A stretch of 63,727 nt of DNA, filler included, from Octopus bimaculoides (lineage: Eukaryota), in assembly GCF_001194135.2 (NCBI RefSeq). It is 9 parts of 9 records of this genome, joined end to end, with 100 filler letters (N's around TTAATTAATTAA, not from the genome) between each part and the next. Parts side by side here need not be neighbours in the genome. Positions count along the whole stretch, not along the records: positions 23,077 to 50,306 come from NC_068987.1; 8 more parts are not named here. The stretch is one strand, 5' to 3'. The position numbers and the translations under genes were made by a program. Shown in pieces: positions 36,839 through 48,599 of the stretch; the stretch's first letter is position 1; each line of letters begins with the position of its first letter. The notes below the pieces were generated by a model. That model was not told where the DNA came from. It made no database searches and saw only the letters and a program-made list of their open reading frames with translations.

Positions 36839-37687
36839 ATTATGCTGGAAATAGCAACAGCCCGATCGTCCTCAAATTACAACCCTTGTCTTTAAGAATG
36901 ACAATGTAGTGCTACTACAAAAAAATGATGGAATAATTGTACAGCATTCGATCATAGATCTTAATCAGAGATTGTGTGAAACTTTTTATTCGTTTATTTA
37001 TTAGCGCCAACGATCTAGGAAAAGTTTGCAAAATTGGATAAGTTCTAATGTCTTGGGGGAACGTGAATACTAACGTTTCAAATAAAACCCACCTTCGGAA
37101 AGATAACATTTTAAAAATTATTTTCCCCTTATTTCTCTCTGAAGAACGGAACGACCATGCTTTTATTATCCGAACTCATATTTCCCTAGAATATTCGAAT
37201 CTAATTTACGAATATTACTGAATTATTTTTGGTCGAAGCAGACAATTACTAGTTTCCCCAGAATCTGGTTTTCATTTATTAGAAAGAATAAGTCTAGACT
37301 ATTTTTATTATATCTAAGTCTGTGCTTTATATTTTGGCATTCGAACAAACAAATAAAGACATAAATATATAAGTAAATACATCCGGCTTAAGGGCAAAAC
37401 CACGATTCCTACCCATGTACCAATACAAACAAATAAATAAATAAATACTATCAATAAATAGTAATATTACTAATGTAAATATTAATGATATTATAAATAA
37501 ATAAATGCTAATATACTAGACTAATAAATATCCTTTTCCTACCAAAGAATGGCTTAACACCACGGTAGGCTTTGATGCCTATGCTTTTGAGTAATAACGA
37601 AGCAATGAGGACAGGAAAAGACAACACGAGAGAGACAAGTTTTGATAAATGTTGTATTAGTGTAACGCTTTAAAAAAAGGAAATGTG

Positions 37688-37723
37688 TCTTGACGTTTCG
37701 GTCGCTAGTCCCTCATCAGAAGA
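37688..37723 (-). ncRNA. Minimal type I hammerhead ribozyme motif with GUC triplet
   Basis: TCTT-CTGATGA-GGGACTAGCGACC-GAA-ACGT-C-AAGA. All core nucleotides intact, 4-bp stem I, palindromic ACGT stem III, weak stem II. Confidence 0.65.
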
Positions 37724-39346
37724 ATTTGCGTGATATATTTATATAGATTCAATCGTCTAACATATTTTCCCTCTTTGTGGGTTAATGGAAAAACTCGCCG
37801 GGACCATCATTCACCATCCCCACCACCACTACCACCATCATCATCATCATCATCATAAGTCAGCTGCGTTGATGGACATTCTGCTGAGACACAGCAGAGC
37901 CATTTTTGTATAAATGGATAATATTACCTTTAACTATCAGAAATCGTCATGGTCAGCACTGTGCTGCAGGAATATGAGATAACAAGACCATGTATTAAGG
38001 TGGGCAAGTTTGTCGATTTGCATCTTAGCATCTGAAGAAATAAATCCACGTCCGTCAGCGCCTGTCATTGTACTGGTTAAAGTTCTTGAGAGTCTGGTTC
38101 GGTCCAAATCTCCAGATGGAGGTGAACTGGGGCAGAATTGATATTAAGAGGAATCTTTCCCTGAAGGGTCACTACTGTTATATGTTACTATTTCACCGTC
38201 GTACTTTGACCTGACTGCATCTGACTAAATTTGAACGTCCGTTGCTCTGCTCCTTGCTCCAACTCTCTCTACGCAGATAGATCGGTATGATGTGGCTAAT
38301 GATGTGCATCGACAGAGATTACTAATGAGAAACTATGGCCACGTTTTATCAGATACGTCTTCAAATAGTTGGTCTTTCTAGCAGATCCACAGTGCTCAGT
38401 CAAGCATATACTAAGATTTAGTGCCCGATAGCTGAAACGTTTTCCAGTATCGTAGCTATTTCGGTCGGTTGAAGGTTATAGTACATACAATTTATAAAAG
38501 ATTAATAATGGACAAGAGCGAAGATGTTCTTGATGAGCTTTTGGCCTTCGACGAAGACCCGCTAAGCAGTTTATTCCGGATGACTCTGGAAAACTTCCAG
38601 AAATCTCTGATAGGCAATGTTAGCGGGGTACTTTGCCACTTTGGGATAAACTCAACAAGCATGAGACTACCATCAATCGGAAGTGATCGAGATACGAGTA
38701 GAGATCGAGATACGAGAAATCGTTCTACACACATTTATTTAGTATACGAGCACTGATGACTTGTGGAATTTTGTCAAATAGCTGTTATTGCATGAAGGAT
38801 AGATCCGGCCATCAGCCGAGGTTATCGTGAAGGTAGTCCTACCGCATTAATTTTTTTATGTCGGAAAAACAAATAAGTTCCTCCTGTGTGATGGCTATAG
38901 CGAAAGAGGTTGTATGTTTGAGAACGCTGAGGGCAATAAGAACAAACGCTTCCCTCTTCAAGCAAATCCTAATCAACTTCTACAAATACCGTTTGAAGGG
39001 GAAGGTGAAGATGGACAATCAGATGCTAAATTCCATCCAATGTTTTGAGACGTGTGGGAAAGCGGCAAGCATGGATTGGGTGAATGGGGCTACTCTCAGT
39101 TAGTGCCTATAGGCCTCTTGAGAACACAGCTGGGAAAAGAAAATTGCCCTCAATAGACCGGGTAATCCTGGATCTATGGGGATTCTTCGTTGACCTTTGC
39201 TCTCTGAGTCTCGATTATGTAATTGTTATTTTTTGTATTTTTTGTATTATTTTCTTTACTTCTTTTGAGTTTGTTTTTAGTAATGTCATCTCATCCGTTG
39301 CTCCCATAGCAAAATAAATTGTCGTTATTATTATTGTTATGATTAT

Positions 39347-39728
39347 TAAGGTGACGAGCTGGCTGAGCCGTTAGCACGCCGGACAAAATGCTTAGCGGTA
39401 TTTCATCCGTCTTTACGTTCTGAGTTCAAATTCCGCCGTGGTTGACTTTGCCTTTCATCCCTTCGGATTCAATAAAATAAGTACCAGCTGAACAGTTGGT
39501 ATCGATGTAATCGAATAGTCCACTCCCCAAAAAAATTCAGGCCTTGTGTCTTTAGTAAAAAGGATTATTATAATTATTACCATTATTATTATTGGTGGCT
39601 TCCGCCGAGGTCGACATTGCCTTTCATCCTTTTGGGGTCGATAAATCAAGTACCAGTTGAGTACTGGGGTCGATGTGATCGACTTACCCCCTCGCACGAA
39701 CTTGCTGGCATTGTGCCAAAATTTGGAA
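39347..39728 (+). mobile_element. Two tandem SINE F3 copies with (ATT)n tails
   Basis: AAGGTGACGAGCTGGCTGAG...GGATTATTAT; second copy is 5'-truncated at CCGCCGAGGTCGAC. Confidence 0.9.
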
Positions 39729-39751
39729 TCATTATTACTAGTAATAGCGTG

Positions 39752-40135
39752 TGGAGGCGCAATGGCCCAGTGGTTAGGGCAGCGGACTCGCGGTCATAGG
39801 ATTGCGGTTTCGATTCCCAGACCGGAGGTTGTGAGAGTTTATTGAGCGAATACACCTAAAGCTCCATGAGGCTCCGGCAGGGGATGGTAGCGAACCCTGC
39901 TGTACTCTTTCACCACAACTTTCTCTCACTCTTACTTCCTGTCTCTGTTGTACCTGTATTTCAAAGGGGCCAGCCTTGTCACACTGTGTCACGCTGAATA
40001 TCCCCGAGAACTACGTTAAGGGTACACGTGTCTGTGGAGTGCTCAGCCACTTGCATGTTAATTTCACGAGCAGGCTGTTCCGTTGATCGGATCAACTGGA
40101 ACCCTCGACGTCGTAAGCAACGGAGTGCCAACAAC
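39752..40135 (+). mobile_element. SINE F2, full length, tRNA-Arg-like head
   Basis: GGCGCAATGGCCCAGTGGTTAGGGCAGCGGACTCGCGGTCATAGGATTGCGGTTTCGATTCCC (A and B boxes, TCG-like anticodon); (AAC)n end; candidate TSD AGTAATAGCGTG / AGTATTGGCGTG (10/12). Confidence 0.9.
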
Positions 40136-41350
40136 AGTATTGGCGTGAGGGTGGAGAGGGAAGTGTTGTCTTCTAGCAAGTTTGTTGGAAGGTGGGCGAA
40201 TGAGGGGACAAAATGGTCAGTGTGAAAGGACCCGTTTTGAGCATGCGCCTGTGAAAATAAAAAGAGATGGTTAGGTCACACGTAGGTCACACGTAGCTTT
40301 TGTTAGGTCACACGTAGCTTTTGTGCGTTTTTCCACGAGTAGCCTTAAAGCGCTTCTCCGCCCCCCTTTTGGGAGTTTTGTTCAATATTTTTTTCTTGTC
40401 CACTGTTTACACGTTTTAAAACCCGTTGTATCGTCCTGTATTGTCATTTCCTGTTGTTTTATGTAAGCCCCTTGTGGCTAATAAAGAATTATTTATTACT
40501 AGTATTAGTAGTAGCAGTTGTGGAAGTAGTAGTAGTAGTCAATAATCCGATTGTTTAGAGTGGTGATCCTATTTCGATCCGTCTCTGCGATAATGATCAA
40601 GAAAAGCGTTAAATGGAAGTTCTGCCAGGAAATCATGTCACAGCTTGTATTGTTTCTTCGACTTGGCAAAATCTAACACTGCTTTCATGAAAGTTCCGGT
40701 TACAATATTTATGAAGGCGACGGTAATGGTTCGCAGCGGTGGCGGTGGTGGCAGTGGTGATGGTAGTGGAAGTGGTGGCAGTGGCAGTGGTGATGTGTAC
40801 TGGTGGAGCGGTAGTGATGTTAGTGGTGGTGGTGCTGCTGCTGCTGGTGGTGGTGGTGGTGCTGGTGCTAGTGGTGCTGGTGGTGCTGGTGGTGCTGGTG
40901 GTGGTGATGGAATTGGCAGTGGTGTTGTATATTGGTAGTGATACTAATTTTTGTGGTGGTTACCATTTAGAAGAGGCTAGCGGTTGTTGTTGTTGTTGTT
41001 GTTGTTTAGTTCTAGTGGTCAATCCAAGCATAGCTATTCCTTCTTTATTTTAACCGGAATAGTTTGCCTTAGGATACATTATTTAAAGTATTTTTAAACA
41101 CAGTAGAGCTTGTAACCACAGTAGACAAATAATCGGTTAATATTGTCAAGTTTTGTTATTTGCTTATTTCATAAGCACCGGTAGAGGAACGAGAATCAAA
41201 TAATCGTAAACTTGTGAATTTCTATCTCGCCGTAGCAGAAGCACAATCAACAGCAGAACGTATGGGGAGGGGTGACAACATCAACCGTTATCCTGTAGCG
41301 ATGGAATCAATTGTGTGTCCCCGTTTATTTTAATCGCAATATTGTTGGTA

Positions 41351-41545
41351 CTGTTGTTGTTGGCACTCCGTCGCTTACGACGACGAGGGTTCCAGTTGAT
41401 CCGATCAATGGAACAGCCTGCACGTGAAATTAACGTGCAAGTGGCTGAGCACTCCACAGACACAAATACCCTTAACGTAGTTCTCGGGGATATTCAGCGT
41501 GACACAGAGTGTGACAAGGCTGGCCCTTCGAATTACAGGCACAAT
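41351..41545 (-). mobile_element. SINE F2 3' portion
   Basis: TTGTTGGCACTCCGTCGCTTACGAC..GAGGGTTCCAGTTGATCCGATCAA... Confidence 0.9.
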
Positions 41546-41582
41546 ATATCGCAATATATATGAGGGAAAAAAGAAAGGACGT

Positions 41583-41740
41583 AGGCGTAGGAGTGGCTGT
41601 GTGGTAAGTAGCTTGCTTACCAACCACATGGTTCCGGGTTCAGTCCCACTGCGTGGCACCTTGGGCAAGTGTCTTCTACTATAGCCTCGGGCCGAACAAA
41701 GCCTTGTGAATGGATTTTCTAGACGGAAACTGAAAGAATC
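41583..41740 (+). mobile_element. SINE F1 head half
   Basis: AGGCGTAGGAGTGGCTGTGTGGTAAG...GGCACCTTGGGCAAGTGTCTTCTACTATAGCCTCGGGCCGA. Confidence 0.9.
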
Positions 41741-43549
41741 TAAATCTGTTGTGGTAGTCTCACTCTAGTTCAGATTCGAAACTTTATGTTGGTGCATCAC
41801 GTGTGGGAGCAAAAGCAAATCTGATTACTAACAAAGATACAATCTTTCTTGCTTGGAATGTAAATAACAAAAACGATGCCACATTCTAAACTTGAGAAAA
41901 GTCTTGCATATTTTTATTGTTCCACTTACAGATTGTATTTGTAATATATATATGCTCATTGTCAGTTCACTCTCGAGTGTTACTGGTAGCTTGTAACCCA
42001 TTACAACCTGTGGCATGGTCGGGTCGTCGGCGACTAAACCGATAGCCCTCAACACGTTTGCTTGGTGAAGAGGGTGATTATTGGACACCCTGTCGGATGA
42101 AAAGCAAGGATCTCCAAAGGGCGGAGGAACCGAAGCCAGTTAACGGCCATCTATTTGGGGTCTGCTGTTCGTCAGTTTTGTGGCATACTTGCACCAACTA
42201 TTGCTGTCAGCAGTACCAAAGAATGTGAATGGTCCTACACAATCCATTACCACTTCAAATGAGTCACTGCTTGGACTGTCCAAAAGATTTGCTTACTCCA
42301 CGTTTTAGCAAGGTTATCCTGAAAATGGAAAAGAAAGTGAGAAAAGAGCTAAATTCTTTGGCACTCACGAGTCGAATACGACAAGAGAAAGACAGAGACC
42401 ATTTCATATACTTGTAGAGGTAATATGTTGCTGCTAAAAGTAATTTTGTCTTAAGTTGGGATCGATATTGACCTTTAAAACCAAATAGGAATCAATTTTG
42501 TGTATTTTATCGGTGTAACTAATTATTAGAAACCCGTTGTAACAACACAATCAACTCGGTTTATACCCTATATAACCTAACCACAGATAAAATAAACAGA
42601 TTCGGAGAGCGTCAAGAAAAATTATCGCGAAGAATAAAGACTTGTTTTTCGGCGATATCATTCATTGTACTTCTGATAATTATATAGTCAAAAAGAAAGG
42701 ATGAAAGCAAGATTGAAGTAGAAAGCAGGGTTAAGGGAAAGTGATAGAAAGAGATAGTATGTTGATAGAAAGATAGCGGATTGATGTGAGAGAAAAAAAG
42801 AGAGAGAAATGATAAAAGATGTAGGTTATAGAGAGAAAGCGTGATTGAAAAGGTAGAGACAAGAAGAGATGTATAGAGATAGGCTGACTGATAGACTGAT
42901 ACTCAGGAGAAGTAAGAAAGAAAAAGGATTAGAAAAGAATAGAGAGAGAGAGAATTAAAGCCATAGAAGACAGAAGTTAGAAAGTGAAAGTTGGGAGAGA
43001 GGATGGTGACTGTATGAAGGAGAGAGTGAGAGAAATTAGAGAGAAACAGAGAGTGGAAAAGAATGAGGGAAAAAGGGGGGTGAGAAGCGCTGGAATATGG
43101 AATTAAACGGAGAAATGTTTGAACCGAATCAAAGAGAATGGTTTGTGTGTTTAGGTACGTGTGTGACTTGGTTTACGTGTGTGTATGTATGTATATATGT
43201 ATGTGCGTGTGTGTATACACATGTGCATATATATGTGTGTGTATTTCTATTTATACATATACCCGTTTGCGTGTATGTATGTATGCATGTATGTACGTAT
43301 ATATGAATGTATGTATGAATGTATGTATATATGTATGTATGTGCGTGTGTGTGTGTGTGTGTGTATACACGCGTGCATATATATGTGTGTGTGTTTATTT
43401 ATATTTATACATATACCCGTTTACGTGTATGTATGTACGTATGCATGTATGTATGTATGTATATATGAATGTATGTATGTATGAATGTCTGTATATATGT
43501 ATGTATGTGCGTGTGTGTGTATACACACATACGTATATGTGTGTGCGTG

Positions 43550-43608
<59 letters not shown>

Positions 43609-44580
43609 TATAAGTCGGGTTAATAATGTGTATGGCCGTTGAATGCATGCACGCATGTTCATACATGTGTATTTGAGGAATTTGTGTGCATGCGTGCGTT
43701 CATATAACTCTGTGTGTGCGTGTGCGCGCGCGTGTGTGTGCGCGCGTGTGCGTGCGTGTGTGAATCGATTTACATTGAGAATTAGCAGTGTGTGTTTGTT
43801 TTATGTAACTTGGAAACATTAGAAAACATTAGCGAAGTGATGCATTTTTATTACAATACAAACACTTCTTGTTTGAAACTTTGCACCGAACAATACCTGT
43901 TAGAGTCTAGCAATTTCCTGGACAGAATGAATAGTGTTTGGTTTATAGATTCCTTATTTTTCTTCCTTTATTCCTTTCTTCTTCCATTTAGATATCTTTT
44001 TTTTATTTCATTTAGCTATCTATTTTTTCTTTCTCATTCAGCATTTTCCTTTCTTTTTCTTTTTTTTAAAATTTCTTGCATTTTTTTTCTCTTTTATTGT
44101 TTACATCCTTTTTTATCTTCCAATTTCGCACTATTTCTTAGTATATTTATTTATTCCTTCATACCCGGGTTTTTTTCTCTCCCGTTACCTGGTTGTTTTC
44201 GTAGAAATAACCTCAATGCTAGTTATAAACGTGCGATAGACATTTGAAACCAACCTGCCAAAGCAAGATAGACAAATATAGGTCTATCGAATACCATACG
44301 ACATAAATTCTTGTTTTATTAAAATTGTTCCCGCCTGTAGAAACTGTACAATAATTAACAAGAGGTAAAGCCACTCTGAGTAATCATTCTTAGCTCATTT
44401 TAGTTCAAAATTATGCCAACTACCCACGCAACTAGTATTCATATCCAAGACTTTGATTCGTTGGTCATAGACGAAAAGGCGAAAATTTGGTTGACTTAGA
44501 TCTAATGGGTAGCACTTAGAACAGCTCCCTGCTAGTCGAACTCCTATCACAACAAGCTAATGACACACATTAATGTTTTG

Positions 44581-44761
44581 GGCTACTGAAAAGTTCCTTG
44601 TCTGGGGTAAAAGAGGATCAATTAATTATGATTTCATTCAACATATTCCCCTCTGACATTCACACACTTAATGCAGCGGTCCTTCAGTTTTTCCAAGCCT
44701 TGTAAAAGAACTCAGAATGTTGGGCCTCCAAACAGGCCTTTCACGATACCCTTAAAGCCAG
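44581..44761 (-). mobile_element. Mariner-derived MITE M1
   Basis: Reverse complement of the 13132/32361 body. Confidence 0.8.
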
Positions 44762-44799
44762 ACACATAAACATATATATGTGTATATATATGTATATAT

Positions 44800-45110
44800 A
44801 CATTATTTACATTTGTCGGATAATTGTCCTCATCTTGTTTGTTGTTAACACAACGTTTCGGTTGATATACCCTCCAGCCTTCGTCAGGTGTCTTGAGAAA
44901 ATTTCGAACCTGGGTTCTCATTCCTAACGATGTTACTATTATTATATTATTGTTATTATTATTATTAATCAGGTCGCTGCCGTGAATCGAACTCGGAACC
45001 TTGGGGTTAGTAGCCCGCGCTCTTAACCACGATGCCATATGCCCGTGGGCAATTACGGGGTGAATTTTAAGGCTTATAAATCTATTATTTTTCTATCCTT
45101 CTTCAATAGA
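44800..45110 (-). mobile_element. tRNA-headed SINE-like element carrying a hammerhead ribozyme
   Basis: Minus-strand order: tRNA-like head (45043-44973; TGGCATCGTGG A box, GAGTTCGATTC B box), TAA-rich spacer, hammerhead (44892-44847), tail shared with 56636-56849. Confidence 0.75.
44847..44892 (-). ncRNA. Minimal type I hammerhead ribozyme
   Basis: GACAC-CTGACGA-A-GGCTGG-AGGGTATA-TCAACC-GAA-ACGT-T-GTGTT: 5-bp stem I (one G-U), 6-bp stem II (one mismatch), GUU triplet, extra A after A9. Confidence 0.75.
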
Positions 45111-46015
45111 CAGGGAACAACACTGGAAAATACGAAAACTAAAAGATATTTTTAAGACGGCAGGATGTGATTTTAGGAGGATTTAGCTGCTATGCACAGC
45201 ATGTCGAGTGGCCACGTAGAGGCTCCTTCCTTCGTTGGTCAGATTAACTGTTTCTATGGTTATTTTCCGAAAATGAGATGGTTGCGTCTGGTATGTCTTC
45301 GACTCTACTGTTGCACCCCAAATACTGCCCAACACCGACGATAACAACAACAGCTACAATAATAACAAAAACAACAACAATAACAACAACAGCAATAACA
45401 ACAATAACAACAACAACAAGACAATGAACTAGAATCAAACAAAGGAACGTAAATCGTTATCCAGGGCCGAAGAGATTTTCAGGACCGGATAGCTTATCCT
45501 TTATCTCGTCTTGGAGGGAATGAGACTATTGGACGCAGCTACTTGGATGTAGATGATTTGGCGCGGCTGATGCGGCATTCAGTAAGCTGTGGTGACGGTA
45601 ATTTGTGCGTGCGCAGAAATGTACACGTACGGAGTGTATGCGTGTGTGATAGAAAGGGGGATAGGGAGAGAGAAAAGAGGGAGGGAGGAGGGAGGAGGGA
45701 GGGANNNNNNNNNNNNNNNNNNNNNNNNNNNNNNNNNNNNNNNNNNNNNNNNNNNNNNNNNNNNNNNNNNNNNNNNNNNNNNNNNNNNNNNNNNNNNNNN
45801 NNNNNNNNNNNNNNNNNNNNNNNNNNNNNNNNNNNNNNNNNNNNNNNNNNNNNNNNNNNNNNNNNNNNNNNNNNNNNNNNNNNNNNNNNNNNNNNNNNNN
45901 NNNNNNNNNNNNNNNNNNNNNNNNNNNNNNNNNNNNNNNNNNNNNNNNNNNNNNNNNNNNNNNNNNNNNNNCAGAGAGAGAGAGAGAGGACAGAGAGAGA
46001 GAGAGAGAGAGAGAG

Positions 46016-46049
<34 letters not shown>

Positions 46050-47054
46050 AGAGAGAGAGAGAGAGAGAAATACTACAGTTTATTCATTGAACACTTACCC
46101 CTCTCTCCTCATACACACGAAAAGAGTTAAGTACACACGCATAAACAGAGAAAGGTGGCTTGGGACAGAAGGGGAGAAACATTAAAACGTTATGTCAAAT
46201 AAGTCAGCATCGAATCAACGGCGCCAAGTAGGTGACGCCAAAACGGCCGTAGCAAAATGTTTCATACCCTTCTATGTGGTCGTTCGACCTGCCAGAAATA
46301 ACAGCCAAATCTTCCCTGAACTCAAACACATATCGCTTGGAGCAATAACTATACAGATCCCTCCTGGTCGATCGAGTAACTACTTGTGTTCTATGGGTTT
46401 TATCGATCAGAACCCGGCCTGGAACTACGCTACAATTCGTGCAAAGAATTAATGAAACGTATGGTTATTGCGTTAAGGTCACATCAGAAATATTCAGCAG
46501 GTTCTTGTTTTTGTTTTTGTTTTGTTTTTTTCTGGAAGATTTGCCTGTCGGTCGTCATTGTCAACTTCCAATTTCAATGATTTGTCATTGTTAGTTTAGT
46601 CAATCGAGCGTTTCTGAAACTGTTTGGAACGAACTAGAAGCAGTTCTCCTTCACTCTTCACTGGCTGCTCATCCATGGGAGTTATCTGGCAGGAGATAAT
46701 ACTGATTTCGATGAGATCAGTCACGCAGTCAACCAAATCGATTATGGAAGTTCTTTTGTGGTCACTTTGAGATAAATAACGCCAGGAAAAATAAAAAAAG
46801 AAGAAGAAAACACTCTCAATGCACACAAAAAAATGTGTGAAATGAGAGCGATAAAAGTAGAATAAGGTGGAGCAATAAAAGATACCTGTTCGATATATAT
46901 TGATTCTGACTTTTCGACAGAAGAAGTGAAGATAGGGTAATGGATGAAGCGGGTGGTCGATATGAACAAAGGCAGCAGGCATGAAGTATTGCTGTCGTCG
47001 TCGTCGTTGTTGTAGTTGCTGTTCTTGTTCTTCTGCTTCGGGCCAACCCTTATT

Positions 47055-47245
47055 CTGTTAGGAGAATCGTTAACACGCCGGACTTAATGCTTTGGCGGCA
47101 TTTCGTCCGTCTCCACATTCTGAGTTCAAATTTCCGCCGAGGTCGACTTTGCTTTTCATCCTTTAGGGGTCGATAAAATAAATACCAATCGAGTAATTGA
47201 CTAAACCCCCTGCCCAAAAATGTCAGGCCTTGTGCCAATATTAGA
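47055..47245 (+). mobile_element. SINE F3
   Basis: GAATCGTTAACACGCCGGAC...TTCTGAGTTCAAATTTCCGCCGAGGTCGACTTTGC. Confidence 0.9.
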
Positions 47246-47272
47246 AAAGACTAATATCATTATTGTTATTAT

Positions 47273-47458
47273 TGTTCAGTAGTTTTATTTTTATAGCGTG
47301 CTTTCACTTCACTACCGAGCGCAGCTCTGTGTGCCTTGGGTATCTGCTGTGGTTTGCTGTGATGCTCTTATGGTTACTGTATTGAAAGTGTTTTGCGTAG
47401 GATGTGTGCAGTGCCCAGTAGTGCAATTTTCTGTATTTATATATATTTGTAAGTCCTG

Positions 47459-47462
<4 letters not shown>
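47273..47462 (-). mobile_element. Extreme 3' end of an R4/Dong-like LINE flanked by (TAA)n on both sides
   Basis: Minus strand codes TPGLTNIY.IQKIALLGTAHILRKTLSIQ* then a ~100-nt 3' UTR; TAA-type repeats at both junctions. Confidence 0.8.
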
Positions 47463-47523
<61 letters not shown>

Positions 47524-47524
<1 letters not shown>

Positions 47525-47734
47525 AAGCGATGAGCTGGCAGAATCGTTAGCATGCCGGACAAAATGCTAAGCAGCATTTCTTTCGGTTTTACCTACCGAG
47601 TTCAAATTCCGTCGAGACTGACTCTGCCTTTTATCGTCTGAAGATCGATGAAATAAGAATAATTAAACACTGCGGATTAATATAATCGACTTGGCCATTC
47701 TCCCAAACTTTCATGTTTTGAAAAAGGGTTATCC

Positions 47735-47769
<35 letters not shown>

Positions 47770-48285
47770 AAGGTGGGGAGCGGGCAGAAGTGTTAGCGCA
47801 TCGAACAAATTGTTTCGTAAGGTATTGGAAGAAAGCACCTTCTGAGTTCAAATTCCACTGCTGTTTTCACAACTTTCGAAGCAAACACAGCGATGTCACT
47901 CGGCACACTGCCTCATGAAGGTCGCTTCTAGCTTTCACTGCGTACGCAGCCGTGTGCTGCCGTCTGTTGGCGCGCTACAGAACTAGTCCGGGAACTCTTT
48001 TGATACCTCCTCGTAAAAGCATTTCTTCCGACGCCTTACATCCTGTGTTCAAATTCCACTGGCGCTAAATTTTCCCTTCATTCTTTCGGGGGTCAATAAA
48101 ATAATTATCAATCTATTACTGGGGTCAATGTGATTAACTAACGCTCACCCCACGAAATTTCAGGCCTTGTACAAATCCCGTTGAGGTCAACTTTGCCTTT
48201 CATCCTTTCACGATCAACCAGTCACGTGCCTGGGTCGATGTAATCGAAAATCCTCTCCCACTAAAATTGCGGGCCTTGTGGAAAA
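47524..48285 (+). mobile_element. Cluster of 3-4 SINE F3 copies and fragments in one orientation
   Basis: Heads follow (GTA)n and (TTG)n tracts; repeated GAGTTCAAATTCC and CCTTTCATCCTTT motifs. Confidence 0.75.
47882..48015 (-). mobile_element. Left end of the 19287 mariner family
   Basis: Reverse complement TACGAGGAGGTATCAAAAGAGTTCCCGGACTAGTTCTGTAGC..CCAACAGA..CCTTCATGAGGCAGTGT aligns with 19287-19410. Confidence 0.8.
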
Positions 48286-48301
48286 ATTTTAAGCCATTAT
48301 A

Positions 48302-48540
48302 CAGGGTGTTCAAAAAGTCTCTCCGCAATAAGTATTTAATGGGTCTTTGGGCAATTCTTGTGCACTGATCCTTTACTTGCTCCCCAGAAAAAAAAAATTG
48401 TCTGGCGGTGTTAAATCAGGTAATCTTGGTGGCCTGAGTCCCTTCGAAATAATCCGCTCACCGAAAAACTCCTGGAGTAGCGCCATGGTGATGCACAGGA
48501 TGAAAGAAATTCACTGCGGAGAGATTTTTTGAACACCCTG
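48302..48540 (-). mobile_element. Tc1/mariner-superfamily internal-deletion derivative (MITE) with near-perfect TIRs
   Basis: TA TSDs at 48300-01 and 48541-42; 26-bp TIRs 25/26 identical; internal minus frame EFFGERIISKGLRPPRLPDLTPPDNFFF, a relic of the WPPRSPDLTPPDFFLWG transposase motif. Confidence 0.9.
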
Positions 48541-48599
48541 TACATACATATATACATACATACACACATATATGCATACAAACACGCGCGCACGCGCCT

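Noticed and set aside
38469-38756. DELL..DEDP..SLFRMTLENF resembles the N-terminus of Harbinger-type nucleases
   Set aside because: The similarity covers about 25 residues and no DDE domain follows.
40645-41053. Gly/Ser/Ala-rich ORF resembling a structural protein
   Set aside because: Degenerate (GGT)n tract with no signal peptide or non-repetitive domain.
44973-45043. tRNA-like sequence as a functional tRNA gene (same for the SINE heads at 25014, 39752 and 61812)
   Set aside because: Acceptor and anticodon stems do not pair; these are SINE heads.
46596-46982. 128-aa minus-strand ORF with acceptor-like polypyrimidine tracts
   Set aside because: The first half is low-complexity T-rich sequence and the rest has no recognisable homology.
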